A stretch of 64,000 bases of DNA. Origin: Blastocystis sp. Blastoise. Taxonomy: Eukaryota > Protista > Bigyra: Opalinata. The translations under genes were made by a program, and so were the position numbers. Location of the stretch: assembly GCA_039096225.1 (NCBI GenBank), contig JBBPEB010000013.1:1488001-1552000 (forward strand). Direction: 5' to 3'. This document shows positions 57,453 through 64,000 of this stretch, piece after piece; position 1 is the stretch's first letter, and every line of letters starts with the position of its first letter. Under the pieces are notes generated by a model that was given only the letters and a program-made list of their open reading frames with translations, searched no databases and was not told the DNA's origin.

Positions 57453-59893
57453 TTCAACATAGGTATCGATAGATATCCTTTTCAGAAATATATTCTTCTT
57501 ATAAAACAAATAAAAAATTAACTACAAAACTGAAAAAAAGACACTGCTAACATGTTCCATATGGAGCAAAAACAGTAAATTCCTACTCCATTGAGTAAGT
57601 ATTGTCAGAATTTCTCAGTATACAAACAATCAACAGCATAGCAACAGCTAGAGCTTCATGTTTTAGTTATACAAAAACAGCAAAAAGAATGGACAGCGGA
57701 CAAAGAAATGGACATACATGATTGAAATATCAAGCATTATTCAGGATTAGCAGACAAAAGCAAAATCTATAGAGAATTCAGTAAATTAGTCAATGATCAG
57801 TTTTAAAAAGACAAGAAAAAGCTACCCTATCATAGGGGAACACTTCTTTACGAAATATAACATATATACATACCTATTAATGACTTTGATTGTTAATGCA
57901 AATCAAAATATGGGTGACTGATAAGAGACTTTTACTCTCAATCAGTAGAAACCAAACCTGATTAACTTCCGCAAACATTCCCGTGAAACTATCGGCTCAA
58001 TTGCCCTATTTTCGTATATAACGTGGAACCATTCATCAATTATAACGACTTTTTTTTACAAATATTTTGTTCATCAAATAAAATCGCATAAAAAAAGTAG
58101 TTCATCAAATAATAAACCATACAAAATGACGCACCAACAATATTTCAAAGCTTCTAGAAGAATTATGTTTAGTGATCGATTTTTTGATAACCATAATTCC
58201 ATGATTTCTATAGGAAAAAAACAGATGAATGGTCAATTAACCATAGAAATTTTGACGTGTATCTCATTTTTATCTCGATAGTGGAAACCCAATGACGAAG
58301 CCTCTTTCATATCATTTTTTTTCCCTGGATTATTTTGATAAACCAAAAAAAAACGTTTTAACCACAAATTTTATTCCGTTGAGTTACACCTGTTTTGAGA
58401 AACACAAAACAATAATGAACAAAGTAGATTTCGAGGAAAACTATTGAATTTTCTTTTTTAAACTGAATTCTCATCTTTTTCTAGTTTCAAAAACTGTCTA
58501 TATTTATTAAAAAGGAAGAGATTTACGCATGAAATTACATGTGATTCAAAAATGAGATAACAAATGAAATGAAAGAGTTTCTCGTTTCTTCTTACTTTTT
58601 ACTTTTTAATCACTTTAAATATCAATTATTTCATTCATATAACTAATATTATATTTATAAAGCCATATTGTACTTAAAATTATCAAAATTATACTGAAAA
58701 AACCAATTAAGATCCAACGATAATCACATCTTTATTCTCAATATAACTATACTTAATACTCATTATATATATAAATATATATATTAACGTAATAAAATCC
58801 ATTATAGGACATAATGAAGAAAAAATATCGTCGAATTCAACCTATCAAAGAAAACATATTAATAGCAAATTTTCAAAGTATTTATATTCTATAATCACAT
58901 CGTATCCAATTTATATTCAAATAAAAACATGCAAGTCTATTTGTCAATTATGAAGTCTATCAATACTTGTCAATTCAAACAAATATAATAAGATAAATCT
59001 ATAAGAATTATAGTTGACAAAGTATTTTATTAAAATATTCAAACTGTAACAATCTACATTCTTTATCTTTCATAAAGATCCTATATATTTTCTATATATG
59101 CCGAAAAACTTATGTTATTATTGATAGAAGTACTTAAAAGTCAAAATAAATAATTATTTTGTTTGACATTTTTTTTTTTTATGTTATATATGTTAAAATG
59201 ATTACTCAAGTTAATTATTTCTTATTCTCAATATAATACTCATTTTTATAAAAATTATATCAAATATATTACTCGTCTAAAAGTCAAAAAATATTACTTA
59301 TTACAAATTTTCTTTCAAAACTACTCTTTATATACTTTTTTAAATTACTATTTTACAAATACAATGAATTTATTAATTTGAAAAATAGTTTTGACTATAA
59401 TATATCATACTTTATAATATCTATGTATATTTACTTTACATTTCTAAACTATATTATTTTTATTTCCTTAATCTATAGATAAATATTATTATATGAAGTA
59501 TTTCATATTGAATAGTTCATACCACAATGTCTTTTTTTGCTAATTTCTGATTCATTTCTTGGTTGGCTATTTTAAAAGTGTACCTATGAAACGTATTCAA
59601 CAATTATTATAAAGAGAAAACTTAAAGCAAATATATTATATAGTTAACACGAAAAAATAATATCGTGTTTTATGGATGAAGATTTTATGATATCGTTTTG
59701 TAATTCTTCAACGTGTAGATAGTATAACACTATGATTTTAAAACAAATATCGAAAGTTGAATATATATTCTTTCTCGATACTTGTCTCGATTTCCATTAT
59801 TGATTTTAAATCGAATAAGAAACTAACTATTGCCTATTTATCTTCCAATATATCAGAATACAACAACATACTCAAAAAAAAAACAAAAATCAA
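57453..59893. promoter_or_regulatory. Divergent intergenic/promoter region between the giant gene and the zf-4CXXC gene
   Basis: The two starts are head-to-head (57452 on -, 59894 on +). 57460-58600 is richer in GC and CpG than other non-coding DNA and has TGACG at ~58127, 58254 and 58293. No element was validated. Confidence 0.4.
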
Positions 59894-62800
59894 ATGAAAA
59901 GGTATTTGTTGAATTTATAATATATATATATTTTCTTAAAAAGTATCTAAAATATATCGATTAATTTATTTAAATAGATTATAAAATTTTATTTATATAT
60001 ACTATATATAACATAAATATTATATATATATTGATTGAAAATATTAAAGAATATTATTTATTTATCTGTATTGTCTAGATATTCTGAGTTATCTGATGAT
60101 GATGTATCACTAGAGACTTTAGGAAAGATGAACGAAGTAGATCAACATCAGTTTTTAAATGCTCATAAATTACAGTCTGATCTATCGAATGTAGAGTCTC
60201 TCCTCTCGAATTCTTTAGGTCATATACAAAAAAGATCTAAGAAAGAGAGATCTATAGGAATTAATATGATTCGACGAAGTATTGATATTGTCCATAATGA
60301 TGCTGAAGAACAGAAACAATTAACAAATACTATTACTGAATCCTATTCTGATAAACGTATTCTATCTATATATATATATACATATATTATTTATAATACT
60401 TTATTTACATATATATTCTTTTATAATATTCTATATAGTCTCCAAGTCCTATGTATATTTTTAATAGGTTTTATATTATTAGTATCAAATATATTCTAGG
60501 AATCCAAAAATAATAATCTAGAAATAAATCAAGATTCAAATAGAGATGTATATTTATTCATTTTATATATATGTATATATATATTTAAAAAAAATAAAAA
60601 TCTATAGAATCTTCTATTTCAATATCCTTTTTCAGATAGTAATTGTATGATTCTTTATTATCCATTACTTATATATATATATATAATAGCTCCAGATAAT
60701 GATCTTTATTCTTCTTTTAATTATCCTTCGTCACATACTTCCTTCGATTTCTCATCCCTACCTTACGAGACATCTTCTCCTATCTACAATCATCAAGACC
60801 TCAACTCCTTCTCCTTCTCAAACACATTATCTGACTTTACTTCCTTTCCTCCCCTCCCTAGAGAGTCTTTTGATGCATCTTCTTCATTAGTAGAAAAATC
60901 ACTTCCATCATATACATTCAATTCGGATATCAATCAAACTACAAGCAAGAATCAAATACAAAATAATAATTCATCTAGTATTTTGTCATTCTTTTATTAT
61001 ATTATATATATAATTTTTTTATTATATAAATTATTTATTTATATATTATTTATTTTTAATATAATATAAACCATTAATTATATATATATATATAGAAGAA
61101 ACAGAATTATCTTCAACTATGAATTCTCTCCCACTTTTCCCTCTATATTCCTCTTCATCTCTCTACACTCCTCTTCAGGATCCATTAAATACATTACCAT
61201 CAAATACTTCTTCTTTTCCTAATGGAAAACAATCGAAAACTCAAAATGAAAAAGAAGTATTAATAACTTCAAAAGAATCTCCTCAACTTTCATCACTTCT
61301 TTTTCCTTCTTCATCTATCTCTCCTCCTCTTAACAATAATTCTGATTTCTTTTCATCTTATCCTTCTATCTCTTCAAGAAATCAAGATCCAATAAACAAC
61401 AATAAAGAAAACTTATTATCAATAGACAATACGACTTCTAAAGATTCATCGAACTCACAAGAATTTCAAAAGAGAACTTCATTTAATAATATTAATGATA
61501 ATATACAAATACATAATCTTCCTACTATACAATATACTACTCATGATCCTGTCAATTCTACATCTCTAATATCATTTACTCATAATATACCTAAAGATTC
61601 ATTACAGCAAAATACTCAATTATATGATCCACTTCAATCTCCAAAAGATCTTGAACTATCAACTTCAAACATTAAGACAACATCTATTCTTACAAATAAA
61701 CAAAATACTAAGAACTCAAAGAAACTCTCTACACAACAAGGTAAAACTCTACTACATTTATTAATCTATTTATTTTTCTTTTATAGATACTATTTTATCA
61801 TTATTTTTTTTTGTAGAAAATTTTATTATATTTATAGTTTATAATTAATATTATTATTATTTATATTTTATAATTAATATTATTATTTATTCTCTATAAT
61901 TAATATATTAATATAATTTATATTTTATAATTAATATTATTATTTATTCTCTATAATTAGTATATTATTATTTATACTCTAGAACAATCTTCATATACTA
62001 TGAAATATAAAGATTCCTCTAATTTACCACTATATACCCAAGGGAATCCACAGAGTTTAAATTATATTCCTATCAATTCAATGAATACTTTCAATAACTT
62101 GACAAATACTATTTCTCAAAGAATAAAGTCCAAAGAATTCACTGATATCAATAATAAAGATACAAGCATATATATATATATATATATATTTACCTAATTT
62201 ATATTATTAATTAATATATTATTTTTATTTATATATATATATGTAAACAAATAATTCATTATCAATTGATTTCTTTAGATATATATTCTCAGAATACACC
62301 CCCAAAACAAAAGTCTTCATATATACAACAGAATGAATCTCCTTTGAATGTACGTCATCTCCTTCTTCATACTTCAGAAACAAAAGATTATTCGAATTAT
62401 ATAAATAATCCACTTGATACTTCATCAACACAGAATATCTCTATTAAATCTATAACGAATAATAATAAAGACAATAATGTTAATGATAAACAAAATAATG
62501 TTAATAATATAAATTCAAATTATATTACATCTTTACAAGGTACAAATAGAACAATTACAAATAGTAAAACAAATAAAAACATGAATGAAACTAACTTCTT
62601 TATGTCTCCAAAAGGATATGTTGATCTGAGAAGTACTGTTGAAAGAGGTATATATTATATTAAACATAATATTTCTATTTCTTCTAATTATAAACAATCA
62701 TTCTATTTATTATTATTATTATTTTTTTAATCTTTCTCTATTTATTAATAGAATATTATATAATAAATATATTTTCTTCTTCTAGTTCTATCTCAGCCAT

Positions 62801-63255
62801 TCGATATAGTTCCTTCTTTATCTCGACCTCCTAAACATCATTCTCTTCGATTACTTCCTAAGGAAGATAGTGATGAAGAATATCAATTACATTCTAAATC
62901 AACAGGACATAAAGCGTTGTATATTCTTATTTATATATATATAAAGAAAATTCTTTCTTTCTTTCTTCTATAAAATATATATTATATTTATATACTTTTT
63001 TTCTATATATATATATATATATATATTAGTTCTATGTTTAAACGTGATGGAACAGTATTGAAATGGTGTCATCAATGTAAAGCACGTAAACGTGATGTAA
63101 TTGACTGCAAGAATTGTGGTAAAAACCGACATGGATCAGGTAATAGGTATCTTATATATTTATTATATATTTATTTAACTATTATCTATCTTTTATATTT
63201 GAATACTTTTATATATAATAAATAAAATAATAAATAAATATAAACTAATTTATGT

Positions 63256-63332
<77 letters not shown>

Positions 63333-63860
63333 TATTTAGATGTGTCCGATCTTATTGTCGTAAATGTCTATATAAACATTATAACTTAGTATATTATATA
63401 TAGATTTTTTATCTTATTTTTTCTAAACTAACTTTATAGAATATTGATGAGTTGAGAAAACTAAAAGATGGCTGGTTATGTCCTGGATGTCAAGATAAAT
63501 GCAGGTATATATATATATATATATTTATTTATTTATTTATTTAAAACTTATATGAATATCTCATATTATATATATATATTATTTATTTAAAACTTATATG
63601 AATATCTCATATTATATATATATATTATTTATTTAAAACTTATATGAATATCTCATATTATATATATTTATTATTACTTAGTTGTGCTGCTTGTATTCGA
63701 AAAAGATATAAAGATCCAAGAGATATCCCAGAAGAAATGCAACAGAAACGAAATTCAAGATTCTTTTCTACAAATAAAAAACTATTACAACAAGTATATT
63801 ATTATTATTATTCAATCAATCTATTTATTTTAGTTAGATAATAATGTGCAAGCTACTTAA
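59894..63860 (+). CDS. Multi-exon nuclear protein with a Ser/Asn-rich N-terminus and a C-terminal zf-4CXXC_R1 zinc finger (CDCA7/JMJ24-type family)
   Basis: ATGAAAAG|gt at 59894 splices in frame to ag|A TAT TCT at 60079. Exons ~63030-63146, 63340-63388, 63440-63504 and 63682-63793 give WCHQCKARKRDVIDCKNC...RCVRSYCRKCLYKHY...GWLCPGCQDKCSCAACIRKR. The middle exon boundaries and the last exon are approximate. Confidence 0.82.
61840..61980. repeat. Intronic degenerate tandem repeat (ttataattaatattattatt-like)
   Basis: ataattaatat(t)att recurs about 5 times. Confidence 0.6.
63259..63327. repeat. (AT)n microsatellite in an intron
   Basis: Read directly from the sequence. Confidence 0.95.
63533..63670. 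repeat. Three tandem copies of a ~45-bp unit (atttaaaacttatatgaatatctcatattatatata...) in an intron
   Basis: aaaacttatatgaatatctcatattata occurs at ~63544, 63589 and 63635. Confidence 0.9.
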
Positions 63861-64000
63861 TATTCATAAAAAATAATTATTTTGTTTTCTTTTTCTTTTC
63901 ATTTAAAAGCTTATTTATTTATAATAAGAATTATAAAAATTTTAAAAAAACTAACAAAACAAAAGAAATAAATGAAAATATTTTTAAAGTACTCTAAAAA

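Noticed and set aside
60035-63841. Separate small genes for each listed ORF
   Set aside because: They are exons plus intron read-through of one spliced zf-4CXXC_R1 gene.

Overview
Very AT-rich (roughly 20% GC by eye) eukaryotic DNA, probably protist. It uses the standard code and has GT-AG introns of about 55-310 nt rich in (AT)n; a stramenopile such as a low-GC Blastocystis-like lineage is plausible but unproven. Three things dominate. (1) A near-perfect inverted duplication: arms 1-13652 and 15982-29592, with the left arm running off the window, around a 2,329-bp unique spacer. (2) The spacer holds the zinc finger and catalytic exons of a 5-exon, ~672-aa gene encoding an AT-hook, a CGGBP1/BED-like zinc finger and a hAT-type DDE transposase. 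Its first two exons lie in the arms, so a truncated copy faces it head-on. (3) The duplicated cargo includes the 3' end of a giant type-I membrane protein gene (57452->22797, ~11,500 aa once a single 1-nt frameshift at ~48241 is repaired, nearly all in one 34.6-kb exon). The protein has a signal peptide, on the order of 100 Cys-paired Ig/IPT-like repeats, about 7 discoidin/CBM32-like domains (6 inserted at the same repeat loop), a possible GAIN/GPS-like region, one TM helix and an acidic tail. The arms differ most in a ~500-bp repeat array, where 44-46-bp intron-like GTATAT...AG/AC cassettes are precisely present in one arm and absent in the other. A multi-exon zf-4CXXC_R1 gene lies at the right end.
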